Of a stretch of DNA of 64,000 bases, positions 35,178 to 45,937 are shown in pieces. Numbering within the stretch: the stretch's first letter is position 1; each line of letters starts with the position of its first letter. A program made the translations under genes and the position numbers. Source of the DNA: an uncultured Streptococcus sp. (lineage in GTDB: Bacteria; Bacillota; Bacilli; Lactobacillales; Streptococcaceae). The notes beneath the pieces are model-generated. The model was given only the letters and a program-made list of their open reading frames with translations, made no database searches and was not told where the DNA came from. The DNA lies in NCBI GenBank assembly GCA_963535345.1, contig CAUSWL010000002.1:11400-75399 (forward strand). The letters are read 5' to 3'.

Positions 35178-35573
35178 TTAAAATAATAAATCCCAAATGC
35201 GTGGGAGAAAGATGAGTGCACCAATCACCGCAGCAAGAAGGGAAACCACCAGCACGGCTCCTGCTGCCATGTCCTTGGCTTTCTTTGCCAACATAGAAAA
35301 GTGATAGTGACTGGCTAGATCCACCACATTTTCAATAGCAGAGTTAATAATCTCAAATGCTACTACCAAGAAAATGCTCATTAGGAGAAAGAGCCATTCG
35401 ATTCGTGACACCTGAAAAACAAAACCTGCAAGGATGACTACAAGAGCCGTCACTGCATGTTTTCGCATATTGCGTTCTTCCTTGATGGCAGTAAAAATTC
35501 CTGTGAGGGCAAATTCTAAACTGGATATCAGGTCACGATTTTTCCATTTTCGTTTATTGTCTTGTGAGTCCAT
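35178..35573 (-). CDS. dgkA: Diacylglycerol/undecaprenol kinase
   Basis: [17 protein letters not shown] and AKDMAAGAV motifs. Confidence 0.94.
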   Translation of the reverse strand: MDSQDNKRKWKNRDLISSLEFALTGIFTAIKEERNMRKHAVTALVVILAGFVFQVSRIEWLFLLMSIFLVVAFEIINSAIENVVDLASHYHFSMLAKKAKDMAAGAVLVVSLLAAVIGALIFLPRIWDLLF

Positions 35574-36051
35574 AGGCTGTCAAAATTTCTTCTTGTAAAC
35601 CGAACATCTCCGCTTCTTCTTCCGGAGTGTAGTGATCATAGCCGTTGATATGTAAAAAGCCGTGTACTGCCAAGAAGCCCATCTCACGCTCAAAGCTATG
35701 GCCATATTCCTCGGCCTGCTCATGAGCCTTATCAATAGAGATGAACAGTTCCCCAATATAGGCATCAAACTCAGACATCATCTCTGCCAATTCTGGATTT
35801 TCAAGTAAATCCTCTTCGTCAAAGGCAATTTCCAACTCTGGCTTATATTCAAGGCTGATGACATCTGTCGGACGGTCTGTGTCACGGTACTCAAGATTGA
35901 GTTCATGACTACGTTCATTGGTCACAAAGGTAACTGCCATCTCCTTGTCTTCTTTACCTAATTTTTGGGCTGCAAATTCCAAAATTTCTTGGGTTTGTTG
36001 CAACATTTCTTTTGAAACTTGACCAGTTTCATCTACCATTTCAATATACAT
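35554..36051 (-). CDS. ybeY: rRNA maturation RNase YbeY
   Basis: TDVIS and [11 protein letters not shown] motifs. Confidence 0.97.
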   Translation of the reverse strand: MYIEMVDETGQVSKEMLQQTQEILEFAAQKLGKEDKEMAVTFVTNERSHELNLEYRDTDRPTDVISLEYKPELEIAFDEEDLLENPELAEMMSEFDAYIGELFISIDKAHEQAEEYGHSFEREMGFLAVHGFLHINGYDHYTPEEEAEMFGLQEEILTAYGLTRQ

Positions 36052-36155
36052 GTGCTTCTCGTTTCTCTTTACTTGGCTTTATTATACCACATTTCCATGA
36101 TTTTATTCTACCTTTTTGATATAATACTATGGAATACAATCACAAGGAGAGAACG

Positions 36156-37811
36156 ATGTCATTTGACGGATTTTTTTTACACCACATGGTTGAGGAATTG
36201 CGAAGCGAGTTGGTCAATGGTCGCATCCAGAAAATCAATCAACCTTTTGAACAAGAGTTGGTCTTGCAAATCCGCAGCAATCGCCAAAGCCATCGCCTGC
36301 TCCTCTCTGCCCATCCTGTTTTTGGGCGCATCCAGCTAACCCAAACGACTTTTGAAAATCCAGCCCAACCTTCGACTTTTATCATGGTTTTGAGAAAGTA
36401 TTTGCAGGGTGCCCTGATTGAGTCGATTGAGCAAGTGGAAAATGACCGTATCGTGGAAATTACAGTTTCCAATAAAAACGAGATTGGGGATCATATCCAG
36501 GCCACGCTCATCATCGAGATTATGGGCAAACACAGTAATATTCTCCTCGTGGATAAAAGTAGCCATAAAATCCTCGAAGTCATCAAACATGTTGGCTTTT
36601 CACAAAATAGCTACCGCACCTTGCTTCCAGGATCGACCTATATTGCTCCGCCTAGTACCGAATCTCTCAATCCTTATACTGTCAAGGATGAAAAGCTCTT
36701 TGAAATTCTGCAAACCCAAGAACTAACAGCAAAAAATCTTCAAAGCCTCTTTCAAGGTTTAGGACGCGATACAGCAAATGAATTGGAAAACATTCTTGTC
36801 AGTGATAAACTGTCTACTTTCCGAAACTTTTTCGAGCAAGAAACCAAGCCTTACCTAACGGAGACTTCTTTCAGCCCAGTTCCTTTTGCAAATCAGGTGG
36901 GAGAGCCTTTTGCCAGTCTCTCTGATCTTCTGGATACCTATTACAAAGATAAGGCAGAGCGCGATCGTGTCAAACAGCAAGCCAGTGAACTGATTCGTCG
37001 CGTTGAAAATGAACTTCAAAAAAATCGACATAAGCTGAAAAAACAAGAAAAAGAATTACTGGCAACAGACAATGCTGAGGAATTTCGCCAAAAAGGGGAA
37101 TTGTTGACAACCTTCCTCCACCAAGTGCCTAATGACCAAGATCAGGTTACCTTGGACAACTACTACACCAATCAACCTATCACCATTGCGCTTGATAAGG
37201 CCTTGACTCCCAGTCAGAATGCCCAACGCTATTTTAAGCGTTACCAGAAACTCAAAGAAGCAGTCAAATACCTTACTGAGCTGATTGAGGAAACCAAGGC
37301 TACCATCCTTTATCTAGAAAGTGTCGAGACTGTTCTCAATCAAGCTGGGCTGGAGGAAATCGCTGAAATCCGTGAAGAATTGATCCAAACTGGCTTTATT
37401 AGAAGACGCCAACGCGAGAAAATTCAGAAACGCAAAAAACCAGAACAGTATCTGGCGAGCGATGGCAAGACCATCATCTATGTCGGACGAAACAACCTGC
37501 AAAATGAGGAATTGACCTTTAAAATGGCCCGCAAGGAGGAACTTTGGTTCCATGCCAAGGACATTCCTGGAAGCCACGTCGTCATCTCAGGAAATCTTGA
37601 TCCATCTGATGAAGTTAAAACAGATGCGGCAGAACTAGCGGCCTACTTTTCCAAAGGGCGCTTGTCAAATCTAGTTCAGGTAGATATGATTGAAGTGAAA
37701 AAACTCAATAAACCAACTGGTGGCAAACCCGGTTTTGTAACCTACACAGGACAAAAGACCCTCCGCGTTACACCAGACCCAGAAAAAATCGCATCTATGA
37801 AAAAATCCTGA
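36156..37811 (+). CDS. pavA: PavA / NFACT (RqcH) family fibronectin-binding protein
   Basis: MSFDG, EIMGKHSN, GRNNLQNE and WFHAKDIPGSH motifs. Confidence 0.95.
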   Translation: MSFDGFFLHHMVEELRSELVNGRIQKINQPFEQELVLQIRSNRQSHRLLLSAHPVFGRIQLTQTTFENPAQPSTFIMVLRKYLQGALIESIEQVENDRIVEITVSNKNEIGDHIQATLIIEIMGKHSNILLVDKSSHKILEVIKHVGFSQNSYRTLLPGSTYIAPPSTESLNPYTVKDEKLFEILQTQELTAKNLQSLFQGLGRDTANELENILVSDKLSTFRNFFEQETKPYLTETSFSPVPFANQVGEPFASLSDLLDTYYKDKAERDRVKQQASELIRRVENELQKNRHKLKKQEKELLATDNAEEFRQKGELLTTFLHQVPNDQDQVTLDNYYTNQPITIALDKALTPSQNAQRYFKRYQKLKEAVKYLTELIEETKATILYLESVETVLNQAGLEEIAEIREELIQTGFIRRRQREKIQKRKKPEQYLASDGKTIIYVGRNNLQNEELTFKMARKEELWFHAKDIPGSHVVISGNLDPSDEVKTDAAELAAYFSKGRLSNLVQVDMIEVKKLNKPTGGKPGFVTYTGQKTLRVTPDPEKIASMKKS

Positions 37812-37838
37812 TTCCACTTGAAATCAGGATTTTCTTTT
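37801..37838. terminator. Bidirectional terminator between pavA and deoD
   Basis: AAAAATCCTGATT-ccacttga-AATCAGGATTTT. Confidence 0.75.
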
Positions 37839-37843
37839 ACATT

Positions 37844-38554
37844 TTACTCTGCAATCAAGGTTTCCAAACCAACCTTCATCATATCAGTGAAGGTATTTTG
37901 GCGTTCTTCTGCAGTGGTGTCTTCATCTGGATTGACCAAGCTATCAGAAATGGTCATGATAGCTAGCGCATTAACATGGTGTTGGGCAGCCAAGTAGTAA
38001 AGGGCTGCTGCTTCCATTTCCACAGCCTTAACTCCCCATTTACCAAGCTCGATGTTCTTTTCAAAGTAGTTTGAGTAAAAGACATCTGATGACAAAACGT
38101 TCCCAACGTGGGTAGTCATTCCGAGTTCTTTGGCGATATGGTAGGCCTTATCTAGTAAATCAAAGCTAGCGATTTGTGGAAAATCATACTGTGGCCAGTC
38201 GTTGCGGATGATGTTTGAGTTAGTCGCAGCTGCTTGCGCCAAGACCAATTCACGAACGTGAACATCTTCATTTAATGAACCCGCAGTTCCCACACGGATC
38301 AATTTTTTCACACCGTAGTCCACAATCAACTCACGCGCATAAATCGAAATGGACGGCATCCCCATCCCAGTTCCCATGACAGATACACGGTGACCCTTGT
38401 AAGTACCAGTGTAGCCAAACATGTTACGCACTTCGTTAAAACAAACAGCATCTTCAAGGAAGTTCTCCGCAATAAACTTAGCACGAAGAGGATCCCCAGG
38501 AAGAAGAATTTTATCAGCAATTTCACCCTGCTGAGCAGCAATATGGATAGACAT
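37844..38554 (-). CDS. deoD: Purine-nucleoside phosphorylase DeoD
   Basis: MSIHI, PGDPLRA, GMGMPS and VEMEAA motifs. Confidence 0.96.
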   Translation of the reverse strand: MSIHIAAQQGEIADKILLPGDPLRAKFIAENFLEDAVCFNEVRNMFGYTGTYKGHRVSVMGTGMGMPSISIYARELIVDYGVKKLIRVGTAGSLNEDVHVRELVLAQAAATNSNIIRNDWPQYDFPQIASFDLLDKAYHIAKELGMTTHVGNVLSSDVFYSNYFEKNIELGKWGVKAVEMEAAALYYLAAQHHVNALAIMTISDSLVNPDEDTTAEERQNTFTDMMKVGLETLIAE

Positions 38555-39020
38555 AATATAAGATACCAAACCCGTCAAAAAGCGAAGGGAAAATAGGAGT
38601 TGGGCGCAGTGAGCGATGCTCGCTAGACCAACTATCTTTTTCCCACTGCTTTTAGGGTGGGTTCAATTCCTTTCTTTCTTAATTTTGATGATAAATAGGA
38701 GAATAGCTCGGGTTCAATTCAAAACCAAACTACCCTACCTTTCAATGTTTTAGAAAAGTTTTCCGCTCGTGTTCAAATCTGAACACCTTACTCTACCTTT
38801 CTTTTTGTATATTTAGGATAGCGACAGAGAACAAAGTAAAAATAGGAAACTGACGACGCATCGCAGATGCTAGACAGTTTATCTTTTTTACACAGTTCTC
38901 CGCCCGTATTCAGTTCAACAAATACGGTTTACCCATCCTTTCTTTCTTGATTTTAAAATTAAATATTTCACAGAACAATTAGCCCGAGTTTGACTATAAC
39001 TCAGATACTCTGCCTTTCTG
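38555..39020 (-). repeat. Array of five degenerate intergenic repeat units, two carrying a long covarying hairpin
   Basis: On the minus strand each unit begins with (A)GAAAGG (39019, 38943, 38802, 38743, 38675). Four units contain a (G/A)AA..CG(G/A)GC box and the fifth has GAACCCACCC. Two continue into AAAAAGAT..TCTA..CCTATTTT hairpins. Confidence 0.75.
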
Positions 39021-39026
39021 TAATTC

Positions 39027-39737
39027 CTAGTTTACCAATGAATCTAAAAATACATACAGTTTTGCATTCATTTCAGAATAATCGTTTCCACGTAATTCTT
39101 CTGGTGTTTGAACAAAAGGCAACTTTTCACTTTGCTCTCTTAATTTCTCCTCACCATCCGCAGCAATCAATAACTCTATTGCGTCTGGATCAAATTCCAA
39201 ATGAGCCTGAAAGGCATAATGTTTTGGACTGAAACGAATAATCTGACGTGGACAACCTTGACTGGTCGCAAGAACAACAGCATCCTCTGTCAGCCCTGGC
39301 ATATCACCATGCCAGTGGCCGGTTTCTATGTTTTTTCCGAACAAGCTGACATGAGGATCTGTTAGACCTTGCATCGTCAATGTCACAGGATAAACGCCGA
39401 TCTCGCGCTCTGGACTATGTTCATACTTCGCACCATAGGCAACAGACAGGAGTTGCGCACCAAGACAGACACCAACAATATAAATATCTGCAGCAATCGC
39501 TTCTTTCATAAAAGCAAGCTCAGCCTTTGGATCATAGTATGGGAAGTTTTCTCTATCCTCATCAGGTGATTGAGGACCACCCATGACAATCAGAAAATCA
39601 ATCCCGTCAATTGTTTCAGGAAGAGGTTCTTTTTCATAAACCTTTGTTGATGTAATTTGATGACCTCGTTCTAGAGCCCATTTTAGATATGCGCCTGGAA
39701 CCTCAAATGTCTCATGTAAAATAAAGTGAACTCTCAT
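39027..39737 (-). CDS. Type 1 glutamine amidotransferase (GMP-synthase GATase-like)
   Basis: MGGPQS, GVCLGAQ (catalytic Cys), WHGD and QAHLE motifs; ATG 4 nt after the punA stop. Confidence 0.88.
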   Translation of the reverse strand: MRVHFILHETFEVPGAYLKWALERGHQITSTKVYEKEPLPETIDGIDFLIVMGGPQSPDEDRENFPYYDPKAELAFMKEAIAADIYIVGVCLGAQLLSVAYGAKYEHSPEREIGVYPVTLTMQGLTDPHVSLFGKNIETGHWHGDMPGLTEDAVVLATSQGCPRQIIRFSPKHYAFQAHLEFDPDAIELLIAADGEEKLREQSEKLPFVQTPEELRGNDYSEMNAKLYVFLDSLVN

Positions 39738-39741
39738 GACA

Positions 39742-40551
39742 TTACAATTCAGCAAGAATCGCTTTAAGCAAGCCTTTGAAGTCGCCTTTAACACGCTCTG
39801 TCACTTCCACAACTTCCTCGTGGTTGAGTTCTTCTTGGAAACCAGCAGCATGGTTCGTAATACATGAAATACCGAGAACTTTCAAGCCCGAGTGAGCTGC
39901 CACAATAACTTCAGGAACTGTAGACATACCAACTGCATCTGCTCCCAATGTCTTATAGGCACGAATCTCTGCTGGGGTTTCATAAGTCGGACCTGTTACA
40001 CCAATATAGACACCTTCATCAAGCTTGATACCGAGTTTTTTAGCCACTTCATGGGCAGTAGCACGGTATTCTGGTGTGTAGGCTTTAGACATATCAGGGA
40101 AACGTGGACCAAAATCATCCAAGTTTTCACCCATCAATGGGTTTTGCCCCGTCATATTGATATGGTCTGAGATAGCCATCAAGGTACCAGGACCAAATCC
40201 AATCCCTCCAGCTGCATTGGTTACAATGACACCTTCACATCCAAGAACTTTCATCACACGTACTGGGAAAGTCACGACTTCAAGAGTATTGCCTTCGTAG
40301 AAATGGAAGCGACCTTGAAGAGCCAAGACTTTTCGACCTGCAAGGTCACCATATACCAATTTACCAGCGTGACCAACTACTGTAGAGCGGCCCCAGTTTG
40401 GAATCTCAGCATAGTCTACTACAACTGGATTTTCGATTTCTTCTGCCAATTCTCCAAGTCCAGATCCAAGGATTAGACCGAACTCAGGCGTTTGGATTCC
40501 CTTGTCTTTCAGGAAGGCAGCTGTTTCCTTGATCTTATTTAAAAACGTCAT
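39742..40551 (-). CDS. punA: Purine-nucleoside phosphorylase (PunA/XapA type)
   Basis: ILGSGLG, GRFHFYEG, GPTYET and VGMSTVPE motifs. Confidence 0.95.
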   Translation of the reverse strand: MTFLNKIKETAAFLKDKGIQTPEFGLILGSGLGELAEEIENPVVVDYAEIPNWGRSTVVGHAGKLVYGDLAGRKVLALQGRFHFYEGNTLEVVTFPVRVMKVLGCEGVIVTNAAGGIGFGPGTLMAISDHINMTGQNPLMGENLDDFGPRFPDMSKAYTPEYRATAHEVAKKLGIKLDEGVYIGVTGPTYETPAEIRAYKTLGADAVGMSTVPEVIVAAHSGLKVLGISCITNHAAGFQEELNHEEVVEVTERVKGDFKGLLKAILAEL

Positions 40552-40564
40552 TGTGTCTCCTTTA

Positions 40565-41107
40565 TTATTTTTTTAGCATTTGACCGATTTTGTCAAAGGT
40601 TTTTGCATTGCGAATGGTGATATGGCGATAAAAAGGCATCTTGAGTAAGTACTTATGATAGGCAGTTGCATAGTAGGATTCCTCAGAGAATTTCCCCCAG
40701 AAAATCCCAAGTTTTCCAAAATGAACGACTTCATCTTCCAGTTCCAAACTGTTCACTTTCTCGATGACTTGATCCACATCCAAGCTCTCCGTGTAAAAGA
40801 GCACATCTTTTCGAGCCAGGTCTCTGGTCCACCAATCTGGCAGATTCTCCAGCTCTGCTTCATAGTCTTCCTGACTCAGCAAGGAAAAGCTCTGAATAAA
40901 TGGATAATGGACTTCAAAGAAAGCCTCTAACTTTTCAACCAATCGGGCTTTGGGATCTGTCGAAGTAAAGAAAATATTGCCACTGTTTATGTAGGTTTCA
41001 ACCTTTTCAAGCTCCAATTCGGACAATTCTTGACGTAGCTCCGACATGACAACCTTATTTTTCCCACCTACATTAATGCCCCGAACAAGTAAAGCATAGC
41101 GCGTCAT
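40565..41107 (-). CDS. DUF1697 family protein
   Basis: YALLVRGINVGG..V.M, TYINSGN and TIRN motifs. Confidence 0.88.
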   Translation of the reverse strand: MTRYALLVRGINVGGKNKVVMSELRQELSELELEKVETYINSGNIFFTSTDPKARLVEKLEAFFEVHYPFIQSFSLLSQEDYEAELENLPDWWTRDLARKDVLFYTESLDVDQVIEKVNSLELEDEVVHFGKLGIFWGKFSEESYYATAYHKYLLKMPFYRHITIRNAKTFDKIGQMLKK

Positions 41108-41108
41108 C

Positions 41109-42320
41109 TTATACCAATTTATCTAAGAAACTTTCCCCAATCATGGCAGTTTCAACACCAAAGTTATCCGCAACTGTCGCTGAGATATCTGCAAAATGTC
41201 CAACTGGAATGACACCATTTCCTTTAAAGGAAGGACTGTAAGCCAAAAGTGGAATATATTCACGAGTGTGGTCTGTTCCTGCATAGGTTGGGTCATTTCC
41301 ATGGTCCGCAGTAATCAAAAGAAGGTCATTTTCTCTCATTGCTGCGATAATTTCAGGCAAGCGTTCATCAAACTCATGCAAGCAATCACGGTAACCATGA
41401 GCATTGCGGCGGTGTCCATAAAGGGCATCAAAGTCAACTAAGTTTGTGAAAGAGAATCCTTTTTCAAACTCAGCAAGTCCCATGGTCTTCAAGAGTGTAT
41501 CAATTCCATGACTGTTTGACTTGTTGTGGCCCATGTCATGATTGATACCAGCGCCATTAAAGATATCGTTGATTTTACCAACAGCGTAAGTATCGATGCC
41601 AGCTTCGTTCAATTTATCCAAAACAGTTGGTGCAAATGGAGATACTGCCAAGTCACGACGGTTTGCTGTACGAGTGAAATTACCTGGCTCACCAACATAT
41701 GGACGGGCAATGATACGACCTAGAAGAGCAGGACGCTCAAGGGTAATCGAACGAGCGTATTCACAAATACGGTACAATTCATCCAAAGGAATAATGTCTT
41801 CGTGGGCAGCAATCTGCAAAACAGGGTCAGCTGAAGTATAGATAATCAACTCCCCAGTTTCCATCTGACGTGGTCCAAAGTCATCGATAACAGCTGTTCC
41901 TGAGTATGGTTTGTTGGCTTCACGAATAACCTTGCGTCCTGAGAATTCTTCGATTTTTGTCAGGATTTCTTCTGGGAATCCGTTCCAGAAAGTATCGAAA
42001 GGCTCGGTAATATTGAGTCCCATGATTTCCCAGTGTCCAGTCATAGTATCCTTACCAAGGGAAACTTCTTCCAATTTTGTTGCATAACCTGTTGGGTTGA
42101 TTTCTGCTGGTACAGTCTTAAGAGGAGTTTCACGTGGAATATTTCCTAAACCAATTTTAGCCATGTTTGGCACATTCAAACCAACTGTTTTTGAAATGTG
42201 TCCTAGTGTGTCAGAAGCTCCATCTGGAACCCCTGCATTGACAAAGTTATTGGCATCTGGTGCAGCACCGATTCCCACAGAATCCAGTACCACCAAGTGA
42301 ATACGATTAAATTTTGACAT
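41109..42320 (-). CDS. deoB: Phosphopentomutase
   Basis: [17 protein letters not shown] and TADHGNDPT motifs. Confidence 0.97.
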   Translation of the reverse strand: MSKFNRIHLVVLDSVGIGAAPDANNFVNAGVPDGASDTLGHISKTVGLNVPNMAKIGLGNIPRETPLKTVPAEINPTGYATKLEEVSLGKDTMTGHWEIMGLNITEPFDTFWNGFPEEILTKIEEFSGRKVIREANKPYSGTAVIDDFGPRQMETGELIIYTSADPVLQIAAHEDIIPLDELYRICEYARSITLERPALLGRIIARPYVGEPGNFTRTANRRDLAVSPFAPTVLDKLNEAGIDTYAVGKINDIFNGAGINHDMGHNKSNSHGIDTLLKTMGLAEFEKGFSFTNLVDFDALYGHRRNAHGYRDCLHEFDERLPEIIAAMRENDLLLITADHGNDPTYAGTDHTREYIPLLAYSPSFKGNGVIPVGHFADISATVADNFGVETAMIGESFLDKLV

Positions 42321-42343
42321 AGTATGTCTCCTTATTTTTTTGA

Positions 42344-43027
42344 TTAGTTTGCTTTTGTTGAAGTTAAAATCTGAACACCATCTCGTCCCGCTACGATGAC
42401 CTTATCCACCATTTGGTTGAACAAGCCATGCTCTACGACACCAACGACATGGTCCAATTCTTGCCCGAAAGTAATCGGATCTTCAATGACATCCAAGGCA
42501 AGGTCAATGATAAAGTTCTGCATATCGGTCACAAAACGCTGACCGTCTTTTTCACGGAAACTTGGTTTGTAGCCAGCTCGCTCAAACCGACGAAAGACCT
42601 GTTCTGCACCATACTGAACCACTTCTACTGGCAATTTAAAAGCACCTAGTTTCTCGACCAGTTTGCTTTCATCTACCACCCAAATGTATTCTTTTGAGGG
42701 CGTTGCGACAACCTTCTCCATGAGAAGGGCACCACCACCGCCTTTGATCCCGTTGAACTGGCTATCTACTTCATCCGCCCCGTCAACCGTCACATCGACA
42801 AAGTCTACTTGATCAATCGACTTGAGCGGGATGTTTAGTCCTTCAGCCTGTTTACTGGTCACACTGGAAGTTGTCACAGCAGTAATCTGCAAACCTTCTT
42901 CCTTAATCCGACGACCGATTTCTTCTACGAAATAGTAGGCAGTAGAACCAGTTCCCAGACCGACTACCATACCATCCTTCACAAACTCAGCAGCCTTGAT
43001 ACCTGCCATCTTTTTCAGATTCTCCAC
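42344..43027 (-). CDS. rpiA: Ribose-5-phosphate isomerase A
   Basis: GLGTGST, DGADE and KGGGGAL motifs. Confidence 0.97.
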   Translation of the reverse strand: MENLKKMAGIKAAEFVKDGMVVGLGTGSTAYYFVEEIGRRIKEEGLQITAVTTSSVTSKQAEGLNIPLKSIDQVDFVDVTVDGADEVDSQFNGIKGGGGALLMEKVVATPSKEYIWVVDESKLVEKLGAFKLPVEVVQYGAEQVFRRFERAGYKPSFREKDGQRFVTDMQNFIIDLALDVIEDPITFGQELDHVVGVVEHGLFNQMVDKVIVAGRDGVQILTSTKAN

Positions 43028-43132
43028 TTAAACACCTCCATTAAAGAGCTACTTTTATTATAACATGTATCCGTTTTTATTTCATGAATACACTTGAAAA
43101 ACCCGAACATTTTTATTTCGGGTTTTGGTGTC

Positions 43133-44062
43133 CTATTTAACCATATCAGGATCGTAATCATAGAATCCTGTGTCGAGGAAACGGTTTTTAGGGTGTAACT
43201 TGCGCACTTCCTCATCTAACAAGAAAGCTTGGTCATGGCTGAAATTCCCCTCTTGAATCAAGCTACGTGCTTGGATAAAGAGTTTAGCAATTTCTACAAA
43301 ATTCTGACCAGGTGTGTAGAGCCCCTCTAGCTTCCAGTGAGTGAAACCATGTTCTACTAATTCTGTCAATTTGGTCATCAAATCAAGGTCGTTATTTGCA
43401 AAGATGTGGGTACCATGATTGTCTTCAAAGATAGAATAATGGCTTTCTGGGTCACTCGGCTCTGCCAAGAAGAGGTCACGTTTACGTGTCTTTTCATCAT
43501 CGATGTGCGTGAAGTTATAGTAGTTTTGCAAGAGCGGACGCTTAGAATGGTGAATGACACTAGCCCCATAAACCAATACTTCAGCAGGAATTTCCAAAAT
43601 CTCTGGCATCTTGAAGAGTTCAGCAGATGGAATTTCACGGGCCAAAACCGCCTCAGATGCGCCAGCCTTTTGACCCCAGAAGTTAATCTGACGACTACTT
43701 GTCACCATGGTTGAAGCATCGTAGATGGTCTTAAAGGAATAGCCATCACGGTTGACCACATAAAAGACACCTGCATCTCCTACTGTAATATAGTCTGTCT
43801 TGATTTCTTCCAAGAAGTCTAGGAAAGGCTTGATACGGTCCATCATATCTTGGTGCATGAGGGCATTAACCGCAACAATCAATTCTTTGCCTGCTTCATG
43901 AACCAACTTAGCGATGGTGCGCAACTCTTCATAACTAAAGGTTGTTGGCAGACGAAGGCCAAAATCTTTCTCACCGACATAGATACGGTCTACGCCAGCT
44001 TCAAGCAGTTGTTCAACTTGTTCAATACTTTCAGCAGTTGCTGTAATGATAATCTTTTCCAT
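43133..44062 (-). CDS. Peptidase U32 family protein (tRNA hydroxylation-related small subunit)
   Basis: LEAGVD.IYVG..FGLR, VLAREI and EVLVYG motifs. Confidence 0.85.
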   Translation of the reverse strand: MEKIIITATAESIEQVEQLLEAGVDRIYVGEKDFGLRLPTTFSYEELRTIAKLVHEAGKELIVAVNALMHQDMMDRIKPFLDFLEEIKTDYITVGDAGVFYVVNRDGYSFKTIYDASTMVTSSRQINFWGQKAGASEAVLAREIPSAELFKMPEILEIPAEVLVYGASVIHHSKRPLLQNYYNFTHIDDEKTRKRDLFLAEPSDPESHYSIFEDNHGTHIFANNDLDLMTKLTELVEHGFTHWKLEGLYTPGQNFVEIAKLFIQARSLIQEGNFSHDQAFLLDEEVRKLHPKNRFLDTGFYDYDPDMVK

Positions 44063-44187
44063 AAGGAAGATTATACCACATTTCTCAAAAATCAGCTATG
44101 GTTACTGAGAGTTTCACAAAAAGTTAAACTTGTTTCTATCTTTTCCAATCAAAAAAGTGAACAGTAACTTGTACCATTCACTCTATT

Positions 44188-44868
44188 TTATGCATGTGTT
44201 TCTTCAACTAGGTGGCCATCGTTCATGACATAAATACGATCAACCTTATCAAGAAGACGAGTATCGTGCGTAATCATAACAACTCCTCTACCTTGTTCAT
44301 GGGCAATGGCAGCCAGCATCTCCGTTACTTGGTAAGCACGCTCAGTGTCAAGACTGGCTGTCGGCTCATCTGCAAGCACAATGCTTGGATTGTTATAGAG
44401 CGCTCTAGCAATCGCGGCACGTTGACGTTCACCACCCGATAGAGCTTTGGGATAATGATTTTGAACTTTTTCCAAATCCAACAAGTCAAACAGCTCTTTT
44501 CGGTCACTTTTACTATTTTTCCCCTTATCTAGTCTGTCTATCAAATCTAGCTGTTCCTTGACCGTTAGAAAAGGAATTAAGTTTGAAGCCTGGAGAATGA
44601 AACCAAACTCTCTAAAACGGAGATCTGTTTTTTCCTTCTCCGTCAAACTGCCTGTTTCCTTCCCCTTGACTAGAATCTTTCCACTCGATGCTTCCTGTAG
44701 TTGTCCTAGAGTTGTTAGAAAGGTCGTCTTTCCGGAACCTGAAGGTCCAACGATAGCTACGAACTCTCCCGCATTTAGCTGAAAATTCGTCTCATGCAGG
44801 GCTACGACTTTCATCTTTCCTTCCCCGTAGGTTTTTGTCACTTGATTCATTTCAATCAATGCTGTCAT
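44188..44868 (-). CDS. ABC transporter ATP-binding protein (LolD/HrtA-like)
   Basis: GPSGSGKT, LSGGE and ADEPTASLD motifs. Confidence 0.9.
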   Translation of the reverse strand: MTALIEMNQVTKTYGEGKMKVVALHETNFQLNAGEFVAIVGPSGSGKTTFLTTLGQLQEASSGKILVKGKETGSLTEKEKTDLRFREFGFILQASNLIPFLTVKEQLDLIDRLDKGKNSKSDRKELFDLLDLEKVQNHYPKALSGGERQRAAIARALYNNPSIVLADEPTASLDTERAYQVTEMLAAIAHEQGRGVVMITHDTRLLDKVDRIYVMNDGHLVEETHA

Positions 44869-44881
44869 ACTATTCTCCTTA

Positions 44882-45937
44882 TCATTCTGCAATCGCAGTA
44901 ATCGGGTCCACCTTTAACAAGCGTGGAAGTGAAATGACACCACCTAGAAGGGCCATCAAGGAAATTACCAAACTTAGGACAGAGTAGGCTATCCAACTTG
45001 GATAGAAAAAGAAGGTAGCTGGTAAGACTAAAATCACTCCTCCGATTGCCAGCAAGGCTAAAGCAATCCCCATACCAGCTAGGAGGAAGATTTGACAGAA
45101 TAGAGACCATACAATGGTTTTGATCTGTATCCCTTGAGCTCGCATTATTCCATAAAGGCCTAGTTTTTGGATGGTAATGATATAAACAAAAATCCCCACA
45201 ATCAAGCCTGTAATGACAATCATAGCGAGAATCATTCCTGAAAATACATTCACCTGAGGTGTGTAACCAGGAATTTTCGAAATCATTTTTGGAATGGAAA
45301 TCTGTTTCAGTCCATCGCCAGACACTTCTATGTCATTTTTCAATACCAAGGCAGTGATGGAACGATTGGCTTTCAAGGTTCCTTGTAAGGTCCAATAAGT
45401 TGTCAGACTCGTAAAGACAACAGGCTCAGTGAAAAACTTATTTCCTTGAGTCAGGCCTACAATCTTGTAACTTGAATCACTTCCATTGAGCTGAATGGCA
45501 TCACCTAGCTTCATCCCATAGTTCTCAAAAGACTGATCCACGACAACCTCATCATCTCCTTCAGGATAACGACCCTCCGTCAAACTAGGAGAGATAAAAG
45601 AGTCCCAGTTTTGAGCAAAAATGGAAACATTGACCTTTTCACTACCATCGACTAGATTGGTTACAGCGAACATATAGCCCAATGGAGCAGCCTCTTCAGA
45701 ACTCTTGTCCTTGTAGTCCTTTTCAGGAATAAAGGATGCTGTCAAATTATCATTTGCGTAGTCGGATAAAACGACACCCGTCGCTTGCCAATTATCAATA
45801 GCTGCTCGGTTGTTTCGCACAAGACCAAGAGCTAGACTGGTCATAAAAAAGACCATGAAAGCGATAAGAAAAATGGTAGTTAGAATCAAACTATATCGAA
45901 GTTTGTTTCGTAATATCTCTTTGATAGCAAGATACAT
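44882..45937 (-). CDS. ABC transporter permease (FtsX/MacB, HrtB-like)
   Basis: MYLAIKEI..K.RY N-terminus, extracellular domain, three C-terminal TMs, KVDPITAI end. Confidence 0.85.
   Translation of the reverse strand: MYLAIKEILRNKLRYSLILTTIFLIAFMVFFMTSLALGLVRNNRAAIDNWQATGVVLSDYANDNLTASFIPEKDYKDKSSEEAAPLGYMFAVTNLVDGSEKVNVSIFAQNWDSFISPSLTEGRYPEGDDEVVVDQSFENYGMKLGDAIQLNGSDSSYKIVGLTQGNKFFTEPVVFTSLTTYWTLQGTLKANRSITALVLKNDIEVSGDGLKQISIPKMISKIPGYTPQVNVFSGMILAMIVITGLIVGIFVYIITIQKLGLYGIMRAQGIQIKTIVWSLFCQIFLLAGMGIALALLAIGGVILVLPATFFFYPSWIAYSVLSLVISLMALLGGVISLPRLLKVDPITAIAE

Noticed and set aside
38555..39020. CRISPR array interpretation of the repeated units
   Set aside because: Units are degenerate and irregularly spaced (59-141 bp), with no identical repeats and no cas genes nearby.
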